A stretch of 64,000 nt of DNA from Terriglobia bacterium (lineage in GTDB: Bacteria > Acidobacteriota > Terriglobia > 20CM-2-55-15), in NCBI GenBank assembly GCA_965198225.1, contig CBDAOY010000008.1:1024001-1088000 (forward strand). Direction: 5' to 3'. The first letter of the stretch is position 1, and each line of letters opens with the position of its first letter. This document shows positions 10,320-19,188 of this stretch, piece by piece. Made by a program: the position numbers and the translations under genes. The notes beneath the pieces are model-generated. The model did no database searches. It was not told where the DNA came from and saw nothing but the letters and a program-made list of their open reading frames with translations.

Positions 10320-10547
10320 ATGGAAATCGAACTCGTCTACTGCCAGGCTTGAAACTACGAACCTCAAGCGGTCAGTTTGACCGACAAACTCATATCCCAA
10401 TACAAGGCCAAGATCGGCCGGCTCGTCCTGGTGCCTTCCGACGGAGGGCGCTTTGAAGTGAGCGTGGACGGAAAGCTTATCTACTCGAAACTCGAGACCG
10501 GAAGGTTCCCGGAGTACGATGAGATCGCCGGACAGTTGCCTGCATGA
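10320..10547 (+). CDS. SelT/SelW/SelH (Rdx) family selenoprotein, 75 aa, in-frame TGA read as Sec
   Basis: Hand translation: MEIELVYCQA(TGA 10350-10352)NYEPQAVSLTDKLISQYKAKIGRLVLVPSDGGRFEVSVDGKLIYSKLETGRFPEYDEIAGQLPA. Has CxxU and the Rdx GxFEV..G..SK..GRFP motifs; AAGGGG RBS upstream. Confidence 0.9.
10369..10383 (+). promoter_or_regulatory. Candidate bacterial SECIS hairpin
   Basis: CGGUCA-GUU-UGACCG perfect stem. The loop begins with G, 22 nt after the UGA. Confidence 0.65.
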
Positions 10548-10925
10548 GCTCAGAGCAACCAGCGGGCCGGACAGTCTGACGCTTTCAAACTTGGGAGCTC
10601 CGGTTCTCAACTGGGTGCCGAGCCTTCCCCGTCCCAAGACTATTGAAGATTGGTCGTTGGACGAATCCCCATTGGAAATTGGGCAGTGGAAATTGCTCTA
10701 GCTGCCATTGATCGGAGCTTCGAGCCGTTCTTCTATCGACTAGAGCGCGCTAATGCCTGTCACGATTCTCGAAGATCTGAAATGAAGCAATTCCAATGAA
10801 CTACCTGCAATGCGCATTACTCAATATCGCGATTTGCAGTCAGACTCACTAAGTTTTCGGAGGAGCGTTCACCCAAAACGCGGCTCCCGAACCGCCCGGA
10901 GAGCCCCGTGTCCCACATCGGGAGC

Positions 10926-11417
10926 CTACTCTACGGTGATCTCGGCAAGCGTGGATAAGCCGTAGCTCATCCGGATCTTCATCCCGACCTCGAACCGCAG
11001 TTCTTCGGCGAAGACGACAGTCGCCTCGAGCGTTTCGTTGGCCAGTAACGCCAAGGTCTCCTGGTCGGCTTTTGCTGCGATGATCGAACCATCACCGTAG
11101 ACGAGCTTGAAGAAGCGCGGGACGAATTGAAGGATTCTCCATAGATGTCCTTCACTTGGAACTCGATCCGGTCTTCGGAGATCTCCTGAACCCGCAACTC
11201 CATCTGTTGCGTCCGGATGACGGCGTCCTGGATCTCTTTGCCGTCGATCTTGATGACCATGGGACCGCATTATACTCGGGAAATTGAAGGATTCTCCATA
11301 GATGTCCTTCACTTGGAACTCGATCCGGTCTTCGGAGATCTCCTGAACCCGCAACTCCATCTGTTGCGTCCGGATGACGGCGTCCTGGATCTCTTTGCCG
11401 TCGATCTTGATGACCAT
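10926..11417 (-). CDS. Hypothetical protein disturbed by a 156-bp tandem duplication
   Basis: Plausible N-terminus (MVIKIDGKE..GESFNF) and C-terminus (VPRFFKLVYGDG..EITVE) are separated by 52 aa read out of frame through the duplicate. Confidence 0.55.
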   Translation of the reverse strand: MVIKIDGKEIQDAVIRTQQMELRVQEISEDRIEFQVKDIYGESFNFPSIMRSHGHQDRRQRDPGRRHPDATDGVAGSGDLRRPDRVPSEGHLWRILQFVPRFFKLVYGDGSIIAAKADQETLALLANETLEATVVFAEELRFEVGMKIRMSYGLSTLAEITVE

Positions 11418-11437
11418 GGGACCGCATTATACTCGGG
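11125..11437. repeat. Exact 156-bp tandem direct duplication (11125-11280 and 11282-11437)
   Basis: Copies are identical by eye and separated by a single A; period 157. Confidence 0.95.
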
Positions 11438-12212
11438 TGCCGGTCGGGTCGCAGGGTCCCGACCCGCCTCCCATGCGCAGTGAGTTGGCCAGCGCGCGGG
11501 TGAGGAAGGCCTTTCCGGCCCCCACCGCTTCGGGTGCGGCCATACCCCGGGCCAGGTTGGCCGTGATCGCCGCCGACAGGATGCAACCGGTCCCGTGAGT
11601 GTCCGCCGTCGGAACGCGCTCCTGGGAGAGCCGCAACGTTGTATCGCCGTCAAACAGCACATCCACCGCGGGACCTTCGAGGTGCCCTCCCTTGACGAGA
11701 ACGTACCGCGGCCCCATCTCATAGACGGCGCGCGCAGCCTCCTCCATCTCGGAAACGGTTCCGACGGTTCCATCCACCAGAGCCCCCGCTTCGTCCAGGT
11801 TCGGCGAAACCAGGAAGGCCAGCGGGAGCAGATTCTCTCGAAGCGCCGCAAAACCGTCCGCGGTCAACAACGAAGCACCCGACGAGGAAACGATGATCGG
11901 ATCGACAACAAGTGTCTGAATTCGATATTCACGAACCTTCGCGGCGACGGCGTCGACATTTGACGCCGTGGACAACATTCCGGTCTTGACCGTCTCGGTC
12001 GGGAGATCCGTCATGACCGCATCAATCTGAGCGGCGACCGCATCGGCGGAGACGTCGAACACATCGGCCACGCCAAGGGTATTCTGCGCCGTTACGGCAG
12101 TGATCACCGACATGCCGTAGACGCCGAGCGCCGCAAAGGTCTTCAAGTCTGCCTGAATCCCCGCTCCTCCGCTGGAATCTGATCCTGCGATCGTCAAGAC
12201 CCTGGGGATCAC
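11427..12212 (-). CDS. thiD: Hydroxymethylpyrimidine/phosphomethylpyrimidine kinase
   Basis: LTIAGSDSSGGAGIQADLKT, AVTAQNT and THGTGC motifs. GTG start overlaps the upstream TGA. Confidence 0.93.
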   Translation of the reverse strand: MIPRVLTIAGSDSSGGAGIQADLKTFAALGVYGMSVITAVTAQNTLGVADVFDVSADAVAAQIDAVMTDLPTETVKTGMLSTASNVDAVAAKVREYRIQTLVVDPIIVSSSGASLLTADGFAALRENLLPLAFLVSPNLDEAGALVDGTVGTVSEMEEAARAVYEMGPRYVLVKGGHLEGPAVDVLFDGDTTLRLSQERVPTADTHGTGCILSAAITANLARGMAAPEAVGAGKAFLTRALANSLRMGGGSGPCDPTGTRV

Positions 12213-13192
12213 CGAAGCTCCCCAAGCGTCCTTTCGATCTGCACTCGCGAGGCCCCGTGCGGGACGGCAACGACGGGAAGGGTGGCGCCGGCGGCCCGGA
12301 ACTCGTCGAGACGCCGCCGGCATTCATCGCGCGACCCCAGTGCAGCGAGTTGGTCGATCATCGCATCGGAAACCGCGGAGACGGCCTCACGCCGTTTACC
12401 GCTCTGCCACAACGCGTGAACCTTCTCCGCCTCGTTCCGGAAACCGAACCGAGCGACCACGTTCTTGTAGAAAGTGCCCATGCCTCCGACATAGTAGGCC
12501 AGGTGGGGACGCACCATGTCCCGGAGGGCTGGTTTGTCCTCCCCCACACATGCCATGATGGTCGGCGCGACCTCTTTCACCCCTCCGACCTCCTCCAGAG
12601 CGCTGGCGAAGCCGACCAGCGGCAGCCAGATCGGCAGCCAGCCGTCGGCGATCTCGCCCGTCAATCGATTGTTCTTCGGACCGATGGAAGCGATGAAGAT
12701 CGGCACGTCCTTCCTTATCGGCCGAAACCCGAGGCGGAAGCCTTTCAGGCGGAAAATCTCACCCGAATAGTCGACGGGACCCCCACCGAGAGCCAGGCGA
12801 ATGATTTCTACGACCTCGCGGGTGCGCCGCAGGGCCCCCTCAAATGGAACACCGTGCCAGCCCTCGATCACCGCTGGACCGCTGATGCCCAGACCCATCA
12901 CGGCTCGACCACCGGAAGCCTCGTCCAGAGTTGCAATCGATTGGGCGATCAGGGCGGGCGTCCGGCTGAAGACGTTGACGATACCCGGACCCAAACGGAC
13001 GTTTTTCGTGCGCGCCGCGATCACGCCCAGCGTCGTGAAGGCGTCGCGATTCCAGGACTCGGGGACAAATACGGTATCGTAACCCAACTCGTCGGCGAGA
13101 ATGGCGTAGCTGAGCAGTTCGTCGCCCGTAGTTCCTCGATCGTGGGGGAACTGAAACGCGATGCGGTGGTGCTCGGACATATCCTGCGGCAT
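12209..13192 (-). CDS. LLM-class flavin/F420-dependent oxidoreductase
   Basis: PESWNRDA, SRTPALIAQ, IEGWHG and GEIADGW motifs. Start at ATG 13192 or 13180. Confidence 0.85.
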   Translation of the reverse strand: MPQDMSEHHRIAFQFPHDRGTTGDELLSYAILADELGYDTVFVPESWNRDAFTTLGVIAARTKNVRLGPGIVNVFSRTPALIAQSIATLDEASGGRAVMGLGISGPAVIEGWHGVPFEGALRRTREVVEIIRLALGGGPVDYSGEIFRLKGFRLGFRPIRKDVPIFIASIGPKNNRLTGEIADGWLPIWLPLVGFASALEEVGGVKEVAPTIMACVGEDKPALRDMVRPHLAYYVGGMGTFYKNVVARFGFRNEAEKVHALWQSGKRREAVSAVSDAMIDQLAALGSRDECRRRLDEFRAAGATLPVVAVPHGASRVQIERTLGELR

Positions 13193-13206
13193 CGTGCGAT
13201 CCCTGG

Positions 13207-13626
13207 CTACACGGGCTGGAGAGAATCCCCGACCTGTATCTCCCCAGGTGACACGACCCGGGCGAACCGCCCCCGCTTTCCGTCGATGTCGGCCCGAAGG
13301 CCGGAACGAATACGATCCATCTGACCGCAAGGCTCGCAGGGAATCGTGATCTCGATCGTCGCTTCCCCGACCCGGAACTGTTGGCCTTGCGGCAGATTCA
13401 TTACCTCCAGACCGTCGACAAGCATGTTTTCGAGCAGTTGACCGGGTCTCAGGCCAAACTCACCAAGGATCGATTCCGACTGGATCAGAATCTGCCGCTG
13501 ACCCTTGCCCCCGGCATGGTAATCCCCCTCCAGGCCGATCTCCGTGGCCGTCACCGATCGGACCGAGCGGGAGGCGTCGCCCTTACGGCGGTTGACGAAC
13601 AACGCTGTCACACGAGGGTTCTCCAT
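13207..13626 (-). CDS. MOSC domain protein
   Basis: GLEGDYH..RQILI, ENMLVDG, PCEPC and G.FARV..PGEIQVGD motifs. Confidence 0.88.
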   Translation of the reverse strand: MENPRVTALFVNRRKGDASRSVRSVTATEIGLEGDYHAGGKGQRQILIQSESILGEFGLRPGQLLENMLVDGLEVMNLPQGQQFRVGEATIEITIPCEPCGQMDRIRSGLRADIDGKRGRFARVVSPGEIQVGDSLQPV

Positions 13627-13687
13627 GCCGACATTATATCCCTCAACTGCGGCACTAGGAGACCGGGACCTCTGTTAGAATATTCGG

Positions 13688-14305
13688 ATGATTCCCCGAC
13701 TGATGCTCTGCGGCCTTTGTGTCCTCGGCGCCGTCGTAGCCGCTTCGGCCCAGGTTCCGGCGGGCGATCCTTTCGAAGCCAAGAAACACCCGAATCCGAT
13801 CGTCACTTTCGTCGAATCAAAGCACTTCAAACCGACGGACTACAACACCGCTCGCGATCGGGCGGACATCGAACTGCTCGGCTTGTCCCGGGACGAAGGT
13901 CATCGTGAAAGCGTCGAGATCACGCGGAGCGACGCGCGGAAGCTCAAGATCCTTGGCCGAAAGACCGAAGTTTTGTTCTTCCCCGTCGTGAAGCAGAACT
14001 TCCGTTTGGCCGACGAAGGTCTGCTCGTCCTGTACTCCTTCAAGGATCCGCGGCCCGACATCCCGTCCGAGTACCGCGTGTCGATTCTCAACGAACACGC
14101 TTTTCGCGAACACAAGAAACCCAAGGATGGACGCTTCGGGCTCAGCACTCCACCGGAGCGGTTGGGGATCCGGGGTTCGGCGGCCCTGCTGTTTGACAAC
14201 GACGGAGAACTGACGTTGTTCTGGCAGGATCGCGGCGTGTCGCATGCCGCCTCGGGAAGCATGAGCCGGGAGATGCTGTTCTGGTTGGTCGAAGATCTAT
14301 TGTAG
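13688..14305 (+). CDS. Hypothetical secreted protein
   Basis: Signal peptide ending ASA-Q; perfect extended -10 box upstream. Confidence 0.65.
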   Translation: MIPRLMLCGLCVLGAVVAASAQVPAGDPFEAKKHPNPIVTFVESKHFKPTDYNTARDRADIELLGLSRDEGHRESVEITRSDARKLKILGRKTEVLFFPVVKQNFRLADEGLLVLYSFKDPRPDIPSEYRVSILNEHAFREHKKPKDGRFGLSTPPERLGIRGSAALLFDNDGELTLFWQDRGVSHAASGSMSREMLFWLVEDLL

Positions 14306-14360
14306 CGAGATCAAACACGTCTCACGATTTGTGGGACTCCTCGGCAGTGGGCGTAAGTTT

Positions 14361-15266
14361 GTGAAAGTTGCTGTCACCGGCGCGACGGGGTTCATCGGAA
14401 AACGCTTGGTCGAAGAGTTCGAGCGCACAGGTGTCGAATTCGTCGTCATCACCCGAGATTCATCTCGTGCCCGCGGGGCGTTCCCACAAGCGGCCGGTAT
14501 TCTGGAATGGGATCCGCCCGGGCGAGGCTTGAATCCATCCGATCTTGCCGGCCTGGACGGGGTCGTGAACCTGGCCGGGGCAACGGTCGCCCAACGCTGG
14601 ACGGCCAGGGCAAAGAACGCGATCCGCAACAGTCGCGTGGATTCGACACGGCTGGTAGTCGACGCGATCAGCGGTTCGGACTCGCCGCCACCCGTGTTGG
14701 TCAGCACATCCGCGATCGGTTTCTACGGTCCACGCGATTCCACCCGCCTGAACGAAGACAGCCCTCCCGGATCGGACTTTCTCGCTGAAGTCTGCCAACA
14801 GTGGGAGGCCGAATCGCAGAAGGCGACCGCGGCCGGGGTCCGGGTGGTGAACCCCAGGATGGGCATCGTCCTCGGCTCCGGCGGTGGGGCGATGGCAAAC
14901 ATGCTGACACCGTTCAAACTCGGCGTCGGAGGTCCCATCGGAAACGGGAGGCAATGGATGTCCTGGGTCCACATCGACGATGTTGCCGGCATGCTGATCG
15001 AGGGGCTGAAGAGCGCCGGCCTGTCAGGACCCGTTAATGTGACTGCCCCGGAGCCTGCGACAAACCGTGACTTCTCCAAAGCTCTGGGACGCGCCCTGCA
15101 CCGACCGGCCTTCCTGCCGACTCCGGTGTTTGCTTTGAGATTGGGGTTCGGAGAGTTCGCCGACATCCTGGCCACCGGGCAACGGGTCCTACCCGAGAAG
15201 GCTTTGGCCGCGGGCTACCGGTTCCGATTTCCAGAACTTCGGGAGGCCCTTTCCGAAGTCGTCTGA
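14361..15266 (+). CDS. TIGR01777-family NAD-dependent epimerase/oxidoreductase
   Basis: VTGATGFIG, VNLAG, GRQWMSWVHIDD and GQRVLP motifs. Confidence 0.9.
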   Translation: MKVAVTGATGFIGKRLVEEFERTGVEFVVITRDSSRARGAFPQAAGILEWDPPGRGLNPSDLAGLDGVVNLAGATVAQRWTARAKNAIRNSRVDSTRLVVDAISGSDSPPPVLVSTSAIGFYGPRDSTRLNEDSPPGSDFLAEVCQQWEAESQKATAAGVRVVNPRMGIVLGSGGGAMANMLTPFKLGVGGPIGNGRQWMSWVHIDDVAGMLIEGLKSAGLSGPVNVTAPEPATNRDFSKALGRALHRPAFLPTPVFALRLGFGEFADILATGQRVLPEKALAAGYRFRFPELREALSEVV

Positions 15267-15293
15267 GATGCAACGTCGCAGCTCGCCCTCTAG

Positions 15294-15562
15294 CAGCCCG
15301 TGGCAGAAGTCTGATGGTTCGCGCGCACGGGTCTTGCGAGGCGGAGACGAGGCGCGAGGAGGAATCGATGCTGTTTCATCAATGACGACGAGTAACAAAG
15401 TATCCGACCGCAACCCCCGTGCGCCCGGAGGGTTACGGCGGCGTCACACCATCTGCGTTGTTCCCGCTCCTAAACGATGTACCAGCATCGCCCTCGTCGC
15501 GGCGCCTAGCATCTGGCGCAACGCCGCCGTAACGCGAGCCATCAGACTTCTGCCACGGGCTG
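15294..15562. mobile_element. 269-bp MITE-like element with 29-bp TIRs and structured cargo
   Basis: TIR CAGCCCGTGGCAGAAGTCTGATGGYTCGC matches 28/29. Flanks are CTAG and CTTG. No credible CDS inside. Confidence 0.8.
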
Positions 15563-15569
15563 CTTGACC

Positions 15570-17864
15570 GTGAAACTACTCAACCGGTACATCTTCCGCG
15601 AAACGCTCGTCCCTATGCTCATCGCGCTTCTTGCGCTGACCTTCGTTATGGTAGCGCAGCAGATGGGCGGGCTCGTGGAACTGATCGTCCGGCGTTCGGC
15701 CACTGCCGCTGAAGTGTGGGCCATCATCGCCGCGATCCTGCCGGGCGCGCTGATGGTCACGATACCGACGGCCCTGCTCGTCGGTGTGCTGACCGGATTC
15801 GGACGGATGTCGTCCGACAGCGAAAGCGTGGCCTTCCGTGCCGGTGGCGTACCGACGCGCGCTATACTCCGACCCGTCCTCACGCTCGGTTTTCTGGCCT
15901 GGGCCGTGAATCTGACGCTATCGGTCTGGATCGCTCCTGCTGCCGCTGCCCGGCTCGAGGAGCTCAAGTTTTCGATCGGCGTGAAGCAGTTGTCGTTCGA
16001 GCTCCAGCCGCGCGTCTTCAACGAAGATCTGGGCAACGGGGACCTCGTCCTTTACGTTCGGGACGTGTCGGCGGAAGGGAACGAATGGCGCGGAATCCTC
16101 CTGGCAGACCTTGGAACGCCGGACAAGCCGAGTGTCACGATGGCGCAGTACGGACGGTTCAGCGGTGAGGCAGCTGACGGAACTTACGAGGTGACGTTGT
16201 TCAACGGCAGCACCCACATCGCGCTCAGCCCTGATCGCTACGACTTCTCGCAGTGGAACGTGAACACTCTCCCGGTCCCGCTGCCGGCAGACCCGACACC
16301 GGCGGTGGAGCTTTCGCCTACTCAAGTCTCGACCGAGGGCCTGTGGCGATCGATAGGCGCCGGCAGCGCGACCTTCGCCGACGAGGTCGAGTTTCACCGC
16401 CGTATTGCTCTTCCGTTTGCATGCCTGGCGTTCGCGCTGATCGGCCTGCCGCTGGGGCTGTCGACCCATCGCGGCGGCAGGTCGATGGGGCTGGTCGTCA
16501 GCATCCTGCTCATGCTCGTCTACTACATGATCTTCGTTGGGGGCACCCGAATCGCCGCGAACGCGCAACTGTCTCCTTTCGTCGGAACCTGGGGAGCCAA
16601 CCTCGGGTTCGCGGCCCTGGGAGTATTCCTCCTGATCCGCTCGGAAAAGGAGCACGACAACCGGCTGATCGGTCTGCTGAACGAAGTCGGTGAGGGTTTC
16701 CGGCGGAAGCTCAGCTCCATTCCAAAGTTCGGTTCCTGGATCGGCCGATGGGCGTACTCGTTCACCCACCACCCCACCTGGTTCAGGACACTCGACGTCT
16801 ACGTGTTGAGGGGGTTCTCTTTTTTCTTCTTCCTCGTTCTCGTCGTCTTCGTGGCGTTGTTCATGATCGTCACGCTCTTCGAGCTCCTCCCGGACATCGT
16901 GAAGAACAACGCCAGCTCGAGCGTCGTAGCCGGTTATTTCTTCTTTCTCCTGCCCCAGATCCTGCACTGGGTAATGCCCCTCGCCGTCCTGCTTGCGGTG
17001 CTCGTGAACCTCGGCGCACTGACCAAAACGAACGAGACCCTCGCGGCAAAGGCCGGAGCGATAAGCCTGTACAGGATGTCGGTGCCGCTTCTGATCGTCG
17101 CCCTCCTGCTTTCCGTGGGGGTCTATTTCATGCAGGACTACCTGCTTCCGTATTCCAACCAGCGGCAGGACGAATTCAGGAACCGAATCAAGGGCCGCGC
17201 CGCACAGACCTACCGCGACCCGCTGCGGAAGTGGATGGCGGGCTCGGAAAACCAGATCTACCACTACAACTATTTCGATCCCGAGCGAAACGCCTTCGCG
17301 GGCATCTCGGTTTTCGACTTCGACCCGGAAAACTTCGGCCTACGACGCTGGACGTTCGCCTCGCGCGGCAGCTGGAATGGGCAGGGTTGGATACTCGAGA
17401 ATGGATGGTCCCGATCACTCCAGAGCGATGGAGGAATCGCTTATGACGCGTTCGAACGCAGGGACTCCGCACAGATGGAAGATGGCCCGGACTACTTCAA
17501 GAAAGAAGTCCGGACGGCCTCGCAGATGAGCTATCCCGAACTGCGCCTCTACATCGATGACCTCTCACAGAGCGGTTTCGATACGAGCAGCCTGACCGTC
17601 GATCTGTACCGCAAGCTCTCGTTCCCCTTCGTGTCGCTCATCATGGCCATCATCGCCGTACCGTTCTCGTTCACGACCGGCCGGAGGGGGGCCTTTTACG
17701 GGATCGGAATCTCCATCGTCATCGGGATCGGCTACTGGGCAGCGTTCGAGTTCTTCGACACGCTCGGGGGAATCAACCGGCTGTCGCCGCTGATCGCGGC
17801 CTGGTTCCCGAACCTGATATTCGGGCTCAGTGGAATCTGGTTGCTGTTGAAAGTAAGGACGTAG
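15570..17864 (+). CDS. lptFG: Fused LptF-LptG LPS export permease
   Basis: Two tandem YjgP/Q modules: LNRYIFRE..RMSSDSESVAFRAGG and LDVYVLR..NETLAAKAGAIS. Confidence 0.9.
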   Translation: MKLLNRYIFRETLVPMLIALLALTFVMVAQQMGGLVELIVRRSATAAEVWAIIAAILPGALMVTIPTALLVGVLTGFGRMSSDSESVAFRAGGVPTRAILRPVLTLGFLAWAVNLTLSVWIAPAAAARLEELKFSIGVKQLSFELQPRVFNEDLGNGDLVLYVRDVSAEGNEWRGILLADLGTPDKPSVTMAQYGRFSGEAADGTYEVTLFNGSTHIALSPDRYDFSQWNVNTLPVPLPADPTPAVELSPTQVSTEGLWRSIGAGSATFADEVEFHRRIALPFACLAFALIGLPLGLSTHRGGRSMGLVVSILLMLVYYMIFVGGTRIAANAQLSPFVGTWGANLGFAALGVFLLIRSEKEHDNRLIGLLNEVGEGFRRKLSSIPKFGSWIGRWAYSFTHHPTWFRTLDVYVLRGFSFFFFLVLVVFVALFMIVTLFELLPDIVKNNASSSVVAGYFFFLLPQILHWVMPLAVLLAVLVNLGALTKTNETLAAKAGAISLYRMSVPLLIVALLLSVGVYFMQDYLLPYSNQRQDEFRNRIKGRAAQTYRDPLRKWMAGSENQIYHYNYFDPERNAFAGISVFDFDPENFGLRRWTFASRGSWNGQGWILENGWSRSLQSDGGIAYDAFERRDSAQMEDGPDYFKKEVRTASQMSYPELRLYIDDLSQSGFDTSSLTVDLYRKLSFPFVSLIMAIIAVPFSFTTGRRGAFYGIGISIVIGIGYWAAFEFFDTLGGINRLSPLIAAWFPNLIFGLSGIWLLLKVRT

Positions 17865-17875
17865 GAGGATGGCGG

Positions 17876-17945
17876 GTGTAGGTGCGCTCTATGAGCGCAC
17901 ACGCCTCGAACCGCAACAATGTGCGGTCATAGACCGCACCTACAC
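17876..17945. repeat. REP doublet (GTAG-type)
   Basis: GTGTAGGTGCGCTCTATGAGCGCAC paired with inverted GTGCGGTCATAGACCGCACCTACAC, between convergent genes. Confidence 0.8.
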
Positions 17946-17955
17946 CTACAGGTCA

Positions 17956-19107
17956 CTAGACGCCTGCCGCCTGGCCGCGCAGGGCGGCGGCCTTGTCGGT
18001 CGCTTCCCAGGAAAACTCAGGCTCTTCCCTGCCGAAATGACCATAGCTGGCTGTCTTCTGGTAAATCGGACGCCTCAAGTTCAGGGACTCGATGATCCCG
18101 CGAGGCGTCAACTGGAAGTTCTCGCGTACGAGCTCTGAAATCTTCTCATCAGCCATCTCTCCCGTACCGAAGGAATCCACCAACACGGAAACCGGGTCCA
18201 CAACACCGATGGCATAGGCAAGTTGAATCTCGACACGGCTGGCGAGCCCGGCCGCAACGACGTTCTTGGCGACGTGGCGCGCCATGTAGCAGGCCGATCG
18301 GTCTACCTTAGTCGGATCCTTGCCGGAAAACGCGCCGCCTCCGTGGCGACCCATGCCGCCGTAAGTGTCGACGATAATCTTCCGCCCGGTCAGTCCGCAA
18401 TCGCCCTGCGGACCACCGCGAACGAACCTTCCGGTCGGATTGACGTGGTACTTGGTAGCGGAATCGAGGAGCTCCTCAGGAAGCACCGCCTTGATCACGT
18501 GGGTTATGACCTCCTCACGGATCTGCATCGCGGTGGCTTCGGGATCGTGTTGCGTAGAGACAACGACCGTATCGATCCTTACTGGTTTACTCCCTTCATA
18601 TTCAACCGATACCTGAGATTTTCCATCGGGTCTCAGAAACGGGAGCAAACCGGACTTCCGCAGCTGGGCCAGCCGCGCCGTCAATTTGTGGGCGAGCAGG
18701 ATCGGTGTCGGCATCAACTCGCGTGTTTCGTCGGTGGCGTAGCCGAACATCATGCCCTGGTCGCCGGCGCCTCCGGTGTCGACACCCATCGCGATGTCCG
18801 GAGACTGCCGGTCGATCGCCGACATGACCGCACAGGTGTTGCAATCGAAGCCGTAGTCGCCCGAAACGTACCCCACATCCTGCACCGTCCTCCGGACCAC
18901 GCTCTCGAAGTCGATGTAGCATTTTGTCGTGATCTCCCCTGCCACGAGAGCCAGCCCGGTCGTCACCAGCGTCTCACAGGCGACGCGACCCATCGGGTCT
19001 TCTTCCATGACGCAGTCCAGAACTGCATCCGAGATCCGGTCGGCCAGCTTGTCGGGATGCCCCTCCGTTACCGACTCTGAGGTAAACAACTTTCGAGTGT
19101 CACTCAC
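17956..19107 (-). CDS. metK: S-adenosylmethionine synthetase
   Basis: [19 protein letters not shown] and GGGAFSGKD motifs. Confidence 0.98.
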   Translation of the reverse strand: MSDTRKLFTSESVTEGHPDKLADRISDAVLDCVMEEDPMGRVACETLVTTGLALVAGEITTKCYIDFESVVRRTVQDVGYVSGDYGFDCNTCAVMSAIDRQSPDIAMGVDTGGAGDQGMMFGYATDETRELMPTPILLAHKLTARLAQLRKSGLLPFLRPDGKSQVSVEYEGSKPVRIDTVVVSTQHDPEATAMQIREEVITHVIKAVLPEELLDSATKYHVNPTGRFVRGGPQGDCGLTGRKIIVDTYGGMGRHGGGAFSGKDPTKVDRSACYMARHVAKNVVAAGLASRVEIQLAYAIGVVDPVSVLVDSFGTGEMADEKISELVRENFQLTPRGIIESLNLRRPIYQKTASYGHFGREEPEFSWEATDKAAALRGQAAGV

Positions 19108-19188
19108 TTAGCCTTTCTCCTTCCAGAATCCCGCACCTGGCGCCCACAGGCGATCGGTCGGGAGCATACTTTTCGTAGCGATAATTGC

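Noticed and set aside
10302-10637. 111-aa minus-strand ORF
   Set aside because: Antisense to the Rdx selenoprotein, which has RBS, motifs and a SECIS-like hairpin.
11125-11437. Possible CRISPR or other array
   Set aside because: Only two 156-bp coding-derived units, no spacers, no cas genes.
12212-12330. TPP riboswitch upstream of thiD
   Set aside because: The region is LLM coding sequence and has no TPP consensus.
15268-15567. Small ORFs across the MITEs (also 28096-28354) and 29279-30001
   Set aside because: They span TIRs and covarying stems or overlap a transposase; no protein-like features.
19108-19188. SAM riboswitch upstream of metK
   Set aside because: 80-bp gap with no SAM-I/II consensus visible.
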